Origin: Camelus ferus
Lineage: Eukaryota
Direction of reading: 5' to 3'
Assembly (NCBI RefSeq): GCF_009834535.1
Contig: NC_045697.1
Span: 109,122,001 to 109,186,000, forward strand
DNA: 64,000 nucleotides
In this document: positions 26,001-38,039 of the stretch, piece by piece
Layout of the letters: every line of letters starts with the position of its first letter
Numbering within the stretch: the first letter of the stretch is position 1
Notes under the pieces: generated by a model
What the model was told of the DNA's origin: nothing
Seen by the model: the letters and a program-made list of their open reading frames with translations, nothing else
Databases searched by the model: none
Translations under genes and position numbers: made by a program

Positions 26001-26196
26001 AACCCTTAATGGCTACTTTGGGGTTCTCCTGTTCAAAGGTCTTTCTGTGTCTTAACCACTTGTAGTTTGGGGTTTGTGGGGATGGTTTAACTTCCAGTTT
26101 CATTTCAAAGGTTGTTCATGGGCTTTTGGTTTTGCTTTTTCATTGCCCTTTCTGTTTTTATAAGGAAATTTGGTGTGATTAAAAACCTATGCTGTC

Positions 26197-26330
26197 GGGA
26201 GAGAGTATAGCTCAGTGGTAGAGCACATGCTTAGCATGCACAAGGTCCTGGGTTCAATCCCTAGTACCTCCTCTAAGAATAAATGAATAAGTAAAACCTA
26301 ATTACATCCCCCCACAAAAAAAAAAAAAAA
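26197..26330 (+). mobile_element. Camelid tRNA-derived SINE
   Basis: Full head, body and poly(A); TSD cctatgctgtc 26186-26196 / 26332-26342. Confidence 0.95.
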
Positions 26331-27074
26331 TCCTATGCTGTCACCATATCATCTTTCCAAAATCCCTCTCAGACCATTTCACTGACAATGACAAATGACA
26401 TTTAATTTGCCTTTCACTTTGCTGTCTGCTTTGAACTTGAGTCATCTGTGCAGTGCAGACTCAGGTCCAGGTAGATAATCACATTGGGGGTCATTAGTTA
26501 CTTCAGATGGTGTATGTTTGTCCTCACTAGGGCTGATTAGAGCCAATTGCTCTGGGCATCCTGGGCTCTTTCAAATCACACTGGGCAGTTAGCAGTCCTG
26601 AAAGCCAGCAAGTCCACCTAAGGCGTCTAATCAAGAGCTGAGCCACACCAGATCAGGCTGTGGATCATCTTTCCTGGTCCCTTTGCATGTCTTCCACGCA
26701 CTTTGCAGACTCCATCTTACTGAGAACTTACTATGAGCAGGCTTTTTGAAAATTTCAGAACCTCCCCTCTCAGCTTATATACTAAATGTCTAGGATCCAT
26801 GGACTCTGGACAAACTCACAGCCCCCAGAACAAGAATAACCTCAGTCCAGACCAATCTACTCAGTTTACATTGTGCTTGGAGTCACTCCCTCAACAGGCA
26901 CATGTGCTCCACCACTGAGCTCCACCCACCTCCCTGATGCACTTTCACACGAGTCATGAACAAAGCTCTTGGCACAGAGGGTGGACACCATAAGGGTTTT
27001 CATTCTCTTTCCTTTCTCATGTGCACTAGTGTGGGATTTCAAAGTGTCACCACCATCATGATTTTCAAAATTCG

Positions 27075-27173
27075 AGGTGGGTGCTGAGTATAACTCAGTG
27101 ATAGAGTGCATGCTTAGCATGCACAAGGTCCTGGGTTCAATCCCCAGCCCTTTCACTAAAAAAAAAAAAAAAA
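27075..27173 (+). mobile_element. Camelid tRNA-derived SINE (short form)
   Basis: gtataactcagtgatagagtgcatgcttagcatgcacaaggtcctgggttcaatcccc plus poly(A); attttcaaaa on both flanks. Confidence 0.9.
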
Positions 27174-30100
27174 GTCATTTTCAAAAGAGAAAAGAAGTAG
27201 AAAAAAACTGACTAGGAAAATGATTGCGGCATAAATCCCAGACAGAATCCTTTTGAAGTAGAGACTAAAGGGAAATGCTAAGCAGGTGTTTCCAGACTCA
27301 TAATGAAACTTTCAGCAAGCCGCCAGGCAGCAGCCTTGCTGATTGAGGGACACCCAGGGAACGGCCCACCTGCAGGGGGCAGCAGTGGAGCATTCACAGG
27401 CCCTTCACCGTCGAAGGGGTGGGGATGGTGGGAATGACAGATGTAACTACCTCTGAAATCCACGGAGGACAAGGAATTCACCAAAGACAAGGCGGCTCCG
27501 GGAAGGGAGGAGCATGGGATTTTAACAGGGGTGGAAGTAACGTTGTGTTTTAGAGAAAGTGAGACATTTACACTCGATGCAGACAGAATAAAGGAGTCTG
27601 AGCTGTATAAGAAAGGGAGTGACATTCACTTAATCTTGGAAGATTGTCGGCCAGGGCACCAGAAGATACGTCTGCCTCTGGTCATTGTAGCGCCAGCAAA
27701 CGTGCCGTAGGGTGCCCACTCCCGTTTCCAGCTGGGCTGGGACCCATAATCTGACAGATGAGCAGCACCGAGAGTTGCAGGATGACAAAGCAGGGGATTC
27801 CCTCCCTACCCAGCTGGACTACATCTGAAAACCGCAAATGAAAGTCTGGAAGCCTCCTGAGTCCAACACTCTCCAAACTGCTTCTCCTGGCTTCCGTCCC
27901 CAGCCCCTCCCTATGCTCGGAGGACGAGGAATCGGAGGTGACTCACAGAGTTTTCCGGGAACTGCCAGACAGAACGTGGTGTCAACTTGGCATCAAACCT
28001 GCCGGATGATAGCTGAAGAATTGCCGTGTGTCTGAAAAATAATTTTCCTCAATCAAATTCGATTTAATATGTCTTGGGGGAGCTGTATTTTTTTTTTTTT
28101 AATGGAGAAAGAAGGAAGGGAAAGTTTCAAAGGGGTGGTTTCCTCCTATCACTTCATTGAATTTTTTTTTTTTTTACTTTATTGAATTTTTAAATAGGCG
28201 TTTCCCATCGCCCCACCCCCACCCCATGAATTGAGTGGCAGAGCGTAGACGGATGCTTGGCAGGTGTTCATCGTCAAAGATCTTCAGTCTGAGTTATTGG
28301 GAAGAAGCACTTCAGGGGTAAGGATGGAAAAACGCTGCGGGGTGGGGAGGACGAGAGCAAGTCACATCGTTAGCAACAGCCAGAGCCTCCTGAGAGAGGA
28401 AGCTGCTCCCTAGGTGATGGAGTCCAGCCTTGGATTCCACTACCTGCAGCATCTGCTTTGGAAGAGCCCACCATCCAGTTCCAGCCAAGAATCAGACTGC
28501 AGATATCATGCCATCAAGGAATCCCAGGAAACAAAGGCTGGTGTTGGCTTCAAGAGAGAAAGCGCCAAGCAATCTCATTAGCATCACTGCCTTTCACATC
28601 ACCCTCAGAACTACTTTTCGGGTTTTATTTTATTTCCTGCCACGGTCACATGCAGCCCTTATCTGAACAGGGACTCCGGCCCCAGGCCGGTGGGTTCTGG
28701 TTGGTTGGTGGCTGGTGGCTTATCTAAAATGACAGAAGGCGTCTATGACTCAGAGGGCTAAGTGCCTGTTATTCTTTACAACAAAAGGCTTTGGTAGCAG
28801 AAATGTTAATTTCTCTCTCATTTTCTACAGAGCGCAATACATACACTCCTCACCAAGTTCTAAAGATTACCACATTGTGATCGTTACCTAGACAATGAAA
28901 TGTCAAATGTGCCACAAAGTATCTTAGGTGAACTGTGTGCATGTGTGTTACACTTAAAATCTGATCAGTAAAGGTCCGAAAGTACAAATGGAAAGAATTA
29001 TGGTACAACCATCTTCAGCGTGGAATCTTTCTCTTCTCCCTTAAAGAATTGATCAAAAACCCTTTTATAGGTTTTTACAAGGTTCCTTTGTAGTTGTAGG
29101 ATAAGAAAGTGCTCTGATACTAGGTAGGGCTCTGATCTCAGGCCACCTGAGCTCGTCTGGCTTTGACATTTATACCCGTTGGGATGTGAGGTGAGCTGAG
29201 TAATCGATTTGTGCCAAACGTGCACCGTGAGCCTGCTGCACAGAACTGCTGGGCTGACTACATAAGATAGAGCCTGGGGGAAAGATAGCCCCGGGCCCGG
29301 TACAGACAAACCCTCGATAAATGTTAGCTGTTACTATCCTGTTTAACCATTGATTTTCTCCCCGCTCTTTGGGGAAATATCCGTTAACGCAGAATCATAG
29401 CTATAGCGCGTGAGTACTCTGGCCTCTTTCAAGGTCAATTTCTGAATTTTACAAACGAGCAAATGCAGGATGAGGCGATAGGCATGCAGATCTTTCTTAT
29501 GGTTGGTGGACTAAAGGAAAAAACTAGATGCTAGAAACACATAAACTGAAAGGCAGCCTCTGTCTTCCTGGGTGTTGTGTCCGACCACATGGTGGTAGGA
29601 CACAGGAGACTCTTTGTTTCCAGCTTCTGCAGGGAAAGTGATTTTGTGCACAGTGTGTGCCCCAGAGATGCCCGTGCTGCCGGGATCTCAGTATATGCAC
29701 TGTGCCTCGTAGGCCAATCACTGCTAAGCCTTGATTTCTGTCGTGTCTAAAACTGCAGACTTTACCGATCACAGGCAGCAAGGCTTCACCAGGAGGAACA
29801 GAGCCACAGCCACAGCTATGTCCGTCCCTCGTGCCCGCCTCTCAGGACTGGCCTGGCCTGCAGGAGTAGGAGGGGGGTTGAGGTGGGAAGGGAACTCTTG
29901 GAGGAGGGCACAGTTAAAAGCCCAGGCTCTGGGCTGTTTGGGTGTGACCATAAAGTCACAGAGCCGAACGGAAGTCAGTGAACAGTTTTGATAAGCACTT
30001 TGGTAATCATGTTTTTGAAATTGTGATAAAATATACATAACATAAAACTGACCATTTTAGCCATGTTTAAGTGTGCAGTTCCATGGCACTGAGTGCATTC

Positions 30101-30185
30101 ATGCTGTTGTGTGACCATCACAACCACCCATCTCCAGAAAGCCACATTTTTGTTGAGGTTGTTGAAGACAGGGAATGGAAGATGG

Positions 30186-30282
30186 TTTTTTTTAAATAAC
30201 TTTTTTTTAATGGAGGCCCTGGGGATTGAACCCAGGACCTCGTGCATGCTAAGCGGGTGCTCTACCACTGAGCTATACCCTG
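30186..30282 (-). mobile_element. Camelid tRNA-derived SINE
   Basis: ggggattgaacccaggacctcgtgcatgctaagc...ccactgagctataccc. Confidence 0.9.
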
Positions 30283-30510
30283 CCTTCTTTCTTTTTCCTA
30301 TTAAAAAAAATTATTGACTCAATTTATTGGGCCTATGCTATACACTTTTTCAGCTACAATAATGAGAAAAGGCAACATTTTTATAGACAGAATGGGACCT
30401 CTACACGATGCGCAAAGAGCAGTGCACACAGTAGGTATGTAGTCTCACAGTAGGTGTGTATTTGCAGTTCTAGGAGACCAGTGGAGAGGAAGTGAAGGGC
30501 TCTGTGCTTC

Positions 30511-31106
30511 TCCATCATTAAAAAGTCTACAAACGATAAATGCTGGAAAGGGCGTGGAGAAAAAGGAACCCTCCTACACTGTTGGTGGGAACGTAAATTG
30601 GTGCAGCCACGATGGAGGACAGTATGGAGGTTCCTTAAAAAACTAAAAATAGACTTACCATATGATCCAGCAATCCCAGTCCTGGGCATATATCCGGAGA
30701 AAAACATAATTTGAAAAGACACATGCACCCCTATGTTCACAGCAGCACTATTTACCATAGCCAAGACATGGAAACAGCCTAAACGTCCATCAACAGAGGA
30801 CTGGATAAAGAAGATGTGGTATATATATATATATACAATGGAATACTACTACTCGGCCATAAAAAGAATAAAATAATGCCACTTGCAGCAGCATGGATGG
30901 GCCTGGAGATCATCGTTCTAAGTGAAGAAAGCCAGAAAGAGAAATAAAAATACCATATGATACCGCTCATATGTGGAATCGGAAAAAAAGACACAAATGA
31001 ACTTATCTACAAGACAGAAGCAGACTCACAGACATAGAGAACAATTTTATAGTTACCAGGGTGGGAAGGGGGTGAGAAGGAATACATTGGGAGTTTGAAA
31101 ATTGCA
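30511..31106 (+). mobile_element. Young L1 segment (ORF2 end plus part of 3'UTR), without its own tail
   Basis: catcattaaaaagtctacaaacgataaatgctgg...gacttaccatatgatccagcaatccc; near-identical family to the copy at 53240-54240. Confidence 0.9.
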
Positions 31107-31260
31107 CCTCTTGGGGAGTGATGGAAATGTTAACTATCCTGATTGTAGTGGTGGTTTCATTGGTGTATACATCTATCAAAACTCATCAAATTGTACACCT
31201 GAAATACGTGTAGTTTACTGTACAGGAGTCATACCACAATAAAAGTTTTAAAAAAATAAA
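31107..31260 (+). mobile_element. Old L1 (L1MC/ME-like) 3' terminus
   Basis: ggggagtgatggaaatgttaactatcctgattgtagtggtgg...aaaactcatcaaattgtacac...aataaaag. Confidence 0.8.
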
Positions 31261-31609
31261 TTATTAATGTATCATCCAAAATGTTCATGTTTCCTTGGCT
31301 TAGGCAATAAATTAGTGCCAGACCAAAAATCCATCTCTCCTGATTAAAGAGGGTTTTTTTGGTAGAATAAAATAATGCCATTTGCAGCAACAAAATAACA
31401 ACAGAAAAAGATCCGGTCAGTGGGAATTACTGAGTGCCAGGACATTGGGCAGCTATCAACTTGGTGTCTGCAGGTTAGAATTCTGAAAGTTTGAAAAACA
31501 GTTGTGAAACTTTTGTGAAAGCTCTATGAAAAATCTAGGCAAAATATAACTTATAGGCAACATCTAAGTGAAACTCTAGTTTTAATCTGAGCATCTTTAA
31601 ACAAAATGT

Positions 31610-32160
31610 CACATTTTTTTAATGGCAGATGACAGAAAACTGTAATCAGGCTGCCGTATAAGATAAAGGGAGTTTATGGACTCAGTGGTAACTGGAAACC
31701 TAGAGGGACTGATTTCAGGTGAGGTTTGGTCCCGCAGCTCAAAAGATGCCACCTAGGGCCAGGTTTCCTCCTTACTCTGTCTTCTATGATGTTGGCTTTA
31801 TCCTCAAGATCCACAAAGGTGCCCCAAAGGCAGCTCCAAGGCCTCCCTTAATGGAAGACTGGCTGCAGCAGCTCCAAAATTCATATCTAATCTCTACTTC
31901 CAGAACTGCTACAAGAAAAAGAAGGTTTATTTTGCCCCAAAGCCCCAGCAAATATCTTCTCCTGGCTCACTGACTCTGATTGGGTTAGTGCCAGTCCAGG
32001 TGACTTAGGGGCACAGGTGGGTGTGCTAGGGTGTAAGCCTGTAGGACCTACTCCTGGAACTTGGGGTAGGTTCAATCCCACCCAGGCCAATTTTTCTCTA
32101 GATATTTGAGGATCTGTTGCCAGGATGGGCATAGTTGCTGGGTAGCAAATAACCAGTGTG
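31610..32160 (-). mobile_element. Old MaLR LTR (MLT1K/L-like)
   Basis: gatgacagaaaac, ggtaactggaaacctagaggg, gttggctttatcctca; boundaries approximate. Confidence 0.55.
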
Positions 32161-33210
32161 AACAGTATCACAGTTTGAAGAGGGACCACTGAATTCCCAC
32201 AATTGTGCTTACAGCTTTGTGCAGTAAAAACAAAGGCAAGGAAAATGCCTGTTTCTCCCTTGATTTTTGTCCCTGTTGACAGATCACAGTAATCAGGAAG
32301 GAGTTTAGCACTTGGCAGTTTTGCACTTTGGTTCTGTCCTGGAAGGCGGAGGGACAGCAGGTGTGAAATTTATAAATAAGTAACCAAAGGCCAAGGTCAA
32401 ATGAATGGAGGGCCTAATTAGTTCCCTGAACAGAGAAATATGTCTGTTGCCTTCCTGGCTCTGCTCCCCTCTGGGAGAGCTGTTGGCTCCAGCCCAGAGG
32501 GCTCTGCATTCTTTGGCTTCTGTTAATGTTAATGAGATCACCTGATCGCCAATGGCATTGCGCTCTGACAAATACTGATAGTTTCTTCGCGTTTAGATGA
32601 ATCATGTGTACCTTAAAAGGAGCACAGAATTTAAGCCTTGGAGTGAAATAGGGTGCTGAGTCTAGACTGCCGTGACCAAAGAAGGCTGGAAATGGATGGA
32701 AACCAGGGGGGTCAGCCAGGGCCACCGAAGATTAAGCACTGGGCCGCTGTATTTCTCCCCTCCCAGCCCACATTGTGATGCTCTGCCCCCTGGGCTTCCG
32801 GCCCAGAAAACAGGAGCCGGAATCAGTGGTTTCTGTAACGTCATGGGGCTAAATGAAAGGCTTCTAACTCCAACCTTCAATTATAGTTTAGAAAAGGTTT
32901 GAGTAATAGAGTTGAAGGTAATGAGAGATCAGCTGGGGGAAAGATGTATGATCAGATTTTCCAGTGTTCAAAATTGCTGGGGGGGGGGCATGGTGTGCAG
33001 GGGGGCTATTCATTTATTCAACAAATGTCTTTGTTATCCAACACATCTTTATCAAAGGCCCACCATGGGCAGGTCCTGGGGTACGGCGGTGAACCCAGCC
33101 AGGACCCTGACCACATACAGTTTATGATCTAGCCTGGAGCCAATAAACAATAACCAAGTGACCATGCAGTTCCACTGAAAGTAAGGGCTAGGGATTAAAT
33201 ATGCAGGCAC

Positions 33211-33320
33211 AAGAGGAGAGAGCATAGCTCAGTCATAGACTACATGCTTAGCATGCACGGAGGTCCTGGGTTCAATCTCCAGTACCTCTGCTGAAAAAGA
33301 AAAAAAGAAAAGAAAAAGAA
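33211..33320 (+). mobile_element. Camelid tRNA-derived SINE
   Basis: Head and A-rich tail; TSD-like aaatatgcaggcac / aaacacgcaggcac. Confidence 0.85.
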
Positions 33321-33733
33321 AAACACGCAGGCACATTTTGACACAGCTAAGAAAGTCTTAGGTGAATCTTGTGGATTAAAAAGGGTAGAGAAACTTCCAA
33401 TTTAGAACACCTTAAAATTCTGGATAAGATGCAAAAACCATAGTTTTTTTGGTCAGTTTTATTAAGGTATTATTTACATATAATGAAATTCACTGATTTT
33501 AATTGTACAATTCAATGAATATTGACAAATGTACAGAGTCACGTAACCACCACCACGACGACGATACAGTACCTTTACATCACCCCTCAAAGTCCCCTGT
33601 GCCCCCCTAACAGTCAGTCCTTTCCCTCCCCTCCAACCCGAGGCAATCACGGATTTATTTCCTATTACTATAGTTTTGCCTATTCCAGAACGTCCTATAA
33701 ATTAAATCATACAGTATGGAGTTTCTTGCCGTT

Positions 33734-34129
33734 TGTTGGAGGAGGTCAGTGAGAAGACATGACCACTGGTTGACCCAAGAGCTGGGCAGCTGGAGGCTCC
33801 TCACCAGACTCCTGTTCTTGGCATGTGAGGGAGCTCCTTCCAGCGCTAGAACTGCCTGAGGACGCAGCCTTGGGAGAGTGATATGCTGTTGAGCCCATCT
33901 GGATAGAGTATGGACATGACTAAACCCAGTTAAGGCCTCTCTATAAAAATTTAAGATTCTGACAGGCAGGAGTGAAGATCTACTTTTCCTGCAGGCCCCA
34001 CTCAAGGCTTGTAAGTTCCCTTAATTACTACATATGCCACCTACCAATCTGAAATGCCTCTTTCTTCAGTCCCTCCCTGCCCTCTGTGGATGGGAGCCAG
34101 TTTCAGATTTCAGAATAAAGTGATCAACA
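33734..34129 (+). mobile_element. Solo LTR, family not identified
   Basis: tgttg...caaca inverted termini, TATAAAA at ~33942, interrupts the host L1; no clear TSD. Confidence 0.6.
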
Positions 34130-34409
34130 GTATATGAATTCTTCCACTTGGCGCCGTATTTGGCGATTTCCCTGTGTTGGTGTGCGTGTCAGGAGTCTGC
34201 TCCTTTCTACTGATGAGCAGAGTTCCACTGGATGGATATAGCACAATTTGTTTTATTAATTCACCAGTTGATGGGTATTTGTTGTTCTTCCTGGTTTTCA
34301 GCTATAATGAATAAGCGGATATAAATATTCACCTAGAAGTCTTTGGGTAGACATGTATTTTCACTTCTCCTGGGTAAATACTTAGGAATGGAATGGCTGG
34401 GTCATATCG

Positions 34410-35015
34410 TATAGTAAGCAGAATTCTAAGAAAGACTCTCAATGACCCTCGCCCTTGCATAATTCCCTCCCCTCTGAGGGTCAGTAGAACACGAGAATAT
34501 GTTGAGATATCACCCCCATGGTTATGTTACCTTACATGGCAAAGGGAGATGGCGAGCTGGGTAGACCTAATTTAATCACATGAGCCTTTCAAACACTTTT
34601 AGACAAAAAAGAAAGTCAGAGAGATGTGATGCAATCACAGGGGTGATTCAGTATGTCTTTACTGGCTTAAAGATGGAGGGCACCCACATGAAGGAATATG
34701 GACAGCCTTAAGGAGCTGAGCGAAGCCCCCGCTGACAGCCAGCATGAAATGGGGACCTCAGTCCTGCAGCCACAAGGAATTGCATTCTTCTAACAACCTC
34801 ACTGAGCTTGGATGAAATCTTGGATTTCATCCTAGAGCCACTAGAAGAGGACTCAGCCCAGCTAACACCTTTACTTCAATCTTGTGATACCACGAGCAGA
34901 CAACCCAGACCCACTGCCCCAGTCTCTGACCTTCAGAACTATGAGAGAATAAGCAAATGTAGTTTTAAGCCACTAAATTCACAGTAATTTGTTATAGCAA
35001 TAGAGAAGTAATACA
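34410..35015 (+). mobile_element. MaLR solo LTR (MLT1E-like)
   Basis: agcagaattctaag, ttacatggcaaaggga, ggacctcagtcctgcagccacaagga, ttttaagccactaaatt...gtaatttgtta...aataca. Confidence 0.9.
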
Positions 35016-38000
35016 TATACATATATTTAACTTCATAAGAAATTGCTAAATTGATTCCCAAAGTGGCAATACCATTTTACATGCCCACCAGCAGTGTATG
35101 GGGGCCCAGTAGCTCCGCATTCTTGGCGATACTTGATATTGTCCGTCTTTCCCATTTTTTAAGTCATTCTTGTGTAGTGGTATTTCACTGGGGCTTTAAT
35201 TTGCATTTCCCCGATGACTAATGATGTTATGCATCTTTTCACGTTCTCATTTACTACCTATATATCTTCTATTTGTGAAATGTCTGTCTAAATCTTTTGC
35301 CCACTTAAAAAAATTGGATCATTTGTTTTACTCTTTCAAAGCACTGTGGGGTTGGCGTAAAGTAAAGGGAAGAGAAGGTAGAACTTTGAAAAAGCTTGAT
35401 TGTAGCCCTCTACAAAGCAGAACTTTGCTGAGAGGGATGGAGACAGGGGCACCTGACAACCCCCAGAGTCTCAGTTTGAATGAGCCATGTCCAAGGGGCA
35501 GGAGATAGAAAGAACTGGGCTTGAGCAGGTTGGGAGGCAAGAACCCTGGAAAGGCAACATAATGGTTTTATAAGAGCACAACTTGCCTGCATAAGGACAT
35601 GTTACCTACCTGCGCCTTGGCACTGGGGAGAATACTCTGCCCAAAGTATTTCCAGTCTTCTGCTTCCACTCACAAGTGTTTGAACTTGAAATTTACATCT
35701 CTTGCATGGACCTGAAAACTTTAAACACAAAATTGATTTTAAAGTGCTCCCACCTCCCCAGCCTATCTACCTGGGTGTTTCACTTTAACACAGGGACTCA
35801 GAGGTCCCACTGATAAAGTTCCAAGGCACATGAATTCACAATAAATAAAGATCACTAAATAAACAAGGGAACAACATCATGAGTGAGAGTCACGTGAGAC
35901 AATAAACTGCTGTGTAAAACCTGCAAAGACTATGATATTGAATGACTGGGGACAGAAGATTAAATAAGTGTGTTTAATATTTTAAGGAGATAAGATAACG
36001 GAATAAAAGCATAACAAGGAACAAAACATTCAAAATTGACAGACAACCTAGAAAAACGTGAAAATTACATGACAGCTCACTCCTCAGTAGCAACAATGAA
36101 GCCAGGAGACATTTGGAGTATCTTCAAAATGTTGATTGAAAATAACAATGATCCTAAAATTATATGTCACATGAAACCATATTTCAAGAACAAAATCAAA
36201 ATAAAGGCATTATCAAACCAAAACTGGGAGATTTCAGTAACAAAAAACCCTTACAATGAATATTCGTAGGGATGCCCTTTAAGGAAAAGGAGAATGACCC
36301 CAGAAGGAAGTTCTGGGATGCAGAAAGTAACGAAGAAAAATATGGGTAAAAAATGTGGACAAATATAAACAGTATTGCATATACCAAATGATAATGTCTA
36401 ATTGAAGTGTCAAAAATATCCAATGTAGAATTAAGATCCTGGGAAATAAGAGCCTAAAACCTGGGACGAATGTATTTGCTATAATGAAGATGTTCTTCCA
36501 TGTGCCACACCCAGTACTGAGTAATTTTCAGTCCTTCTGCCACTTAATCCTCCCAGCCACCTTATGAGGAAGGTGCTATTAGCTGGGTTTTTCAAATGAG
36601 AAAGCACATATAGCCAGGAAGGGTCAGTTGGGACTTAAGCCAGCTCTGTCTGACTCCGAGCCTATGCTCTTAAGCAGTACTACCACATTGCTCTCATTGG
36701 CAATATTTGTTCTGGAAAACATAGGCAAGTGTAAAGCCAAAAATGCCCCCGCATCATAACTGTCACGTGGACAAGTACATGCACCCATAACTTTGAAAAA
36801 AACTGGGATCGTATCTAATGTTTTGACTCTCACTTAAATATTACCAATCTATATAATATTCTAAATATAATCATCTTGCTGTTAATTAGTTTTGGAGCAA
36901 TATTTTAAAATACTTCATTGCTTAGTATTTTTCAACCTCTTTACCCCTATTCTTCTGTCTTCTACAGTATTCACTGTGAATTTTGGTTTAGAAGTGAAGA
37001 TAATCTGCTTGATACTTTTTATTTTCTCAAACTTGAAATGTAATAAGAGAGAGAGGTGGGTGTCTATTCTATTGTTGGCTCTACATAGTTTTGTTTTATA
37101 GAGCCTCATTTGCAAATGAGCGTCTGTGTAACATGATTCCAAAATTATATGCTTCAAAGCAGATTCAGGATACAAAATATGGATTTTCAAAATATGTAAA
37201 CTAGATGGCTCTTAGATGAGGTTTTTGCTTCATGACAAAAATTTCCTGTATGTTTTCTTTTACATAAACTGGTTTTATAAAATATAGAACTATCGAAAAA
37301 TATAGAAATATCACTTCCTTTGTGAAAATTAGAAGCATGTGGAACTTAACAGAAATGCATTTATGAGTTTTAAAGAGATGCATTTGTATACACACATATA
37401 CAAATATATATTTCATTCTCAACCCAGAGATTAATTAACATCATCATCATATTATAATGTGTAAAGTAAAATGTCAGCAATTTAAGCATGCTGTTGATTT
37501 CAAACTTTTAATAACCCAGATATGAAACATACAATTTATAGCAAGAAGAAACCAATATATGGGGGGGGGTGTATGCAATTGTATTATGCCTTGCACAAAG
37601 CACACTGAGTTGTTTCATTTTACTTTTGAGTACCGATTTGTCGTTTGATGAGTATAAAACGTCCATAGCCGAAAGTATCAAGATGTCATATGAACATTTA
37701 AACGTTTAGCAAATATGGACAGTCTCATCCACCCGTCTTCTTTTCCCCACCCGGAATTTCACCTGAAATAGTGAGTTTAACTTTGTTGCCATCATTGTGG
37801 ACTGATAGTGCAAAGAAATCCCCCGCAGTCACATATTACTCCCACGAGGTCTCCCTCCCCATGGCTTCACACATCTTTACAGGCCTCTCCTCACCTGTAC
37901 CGGGAGCTAGCTAGTGCTTGGTCTGTGCAAAATAACTTTATAGATAGCACCTTAAGCGGAATGGAGAAAATCAAGTGTGCTGAAGAGAATGAGGTAATTC

Positions 38001-38039
38001 ATTCTAAAACCAAGTGAAAAATCATTTGGGAGTGGGGAG

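Larger units (their letters stand above)
33440..35330 (-). mobile_element. L1MB/ME-like 3' end interrupted by two LTRs
   Basis: L1 3'UTR motifs continue across inserts at 33734-34129 and 34410-35015. Confidence 0.8.

Noticed and set aside
28198..28317. Longer exon using the strong acceptor at 28197
   Set aside because: Stops in all three frames; could only be non-coding
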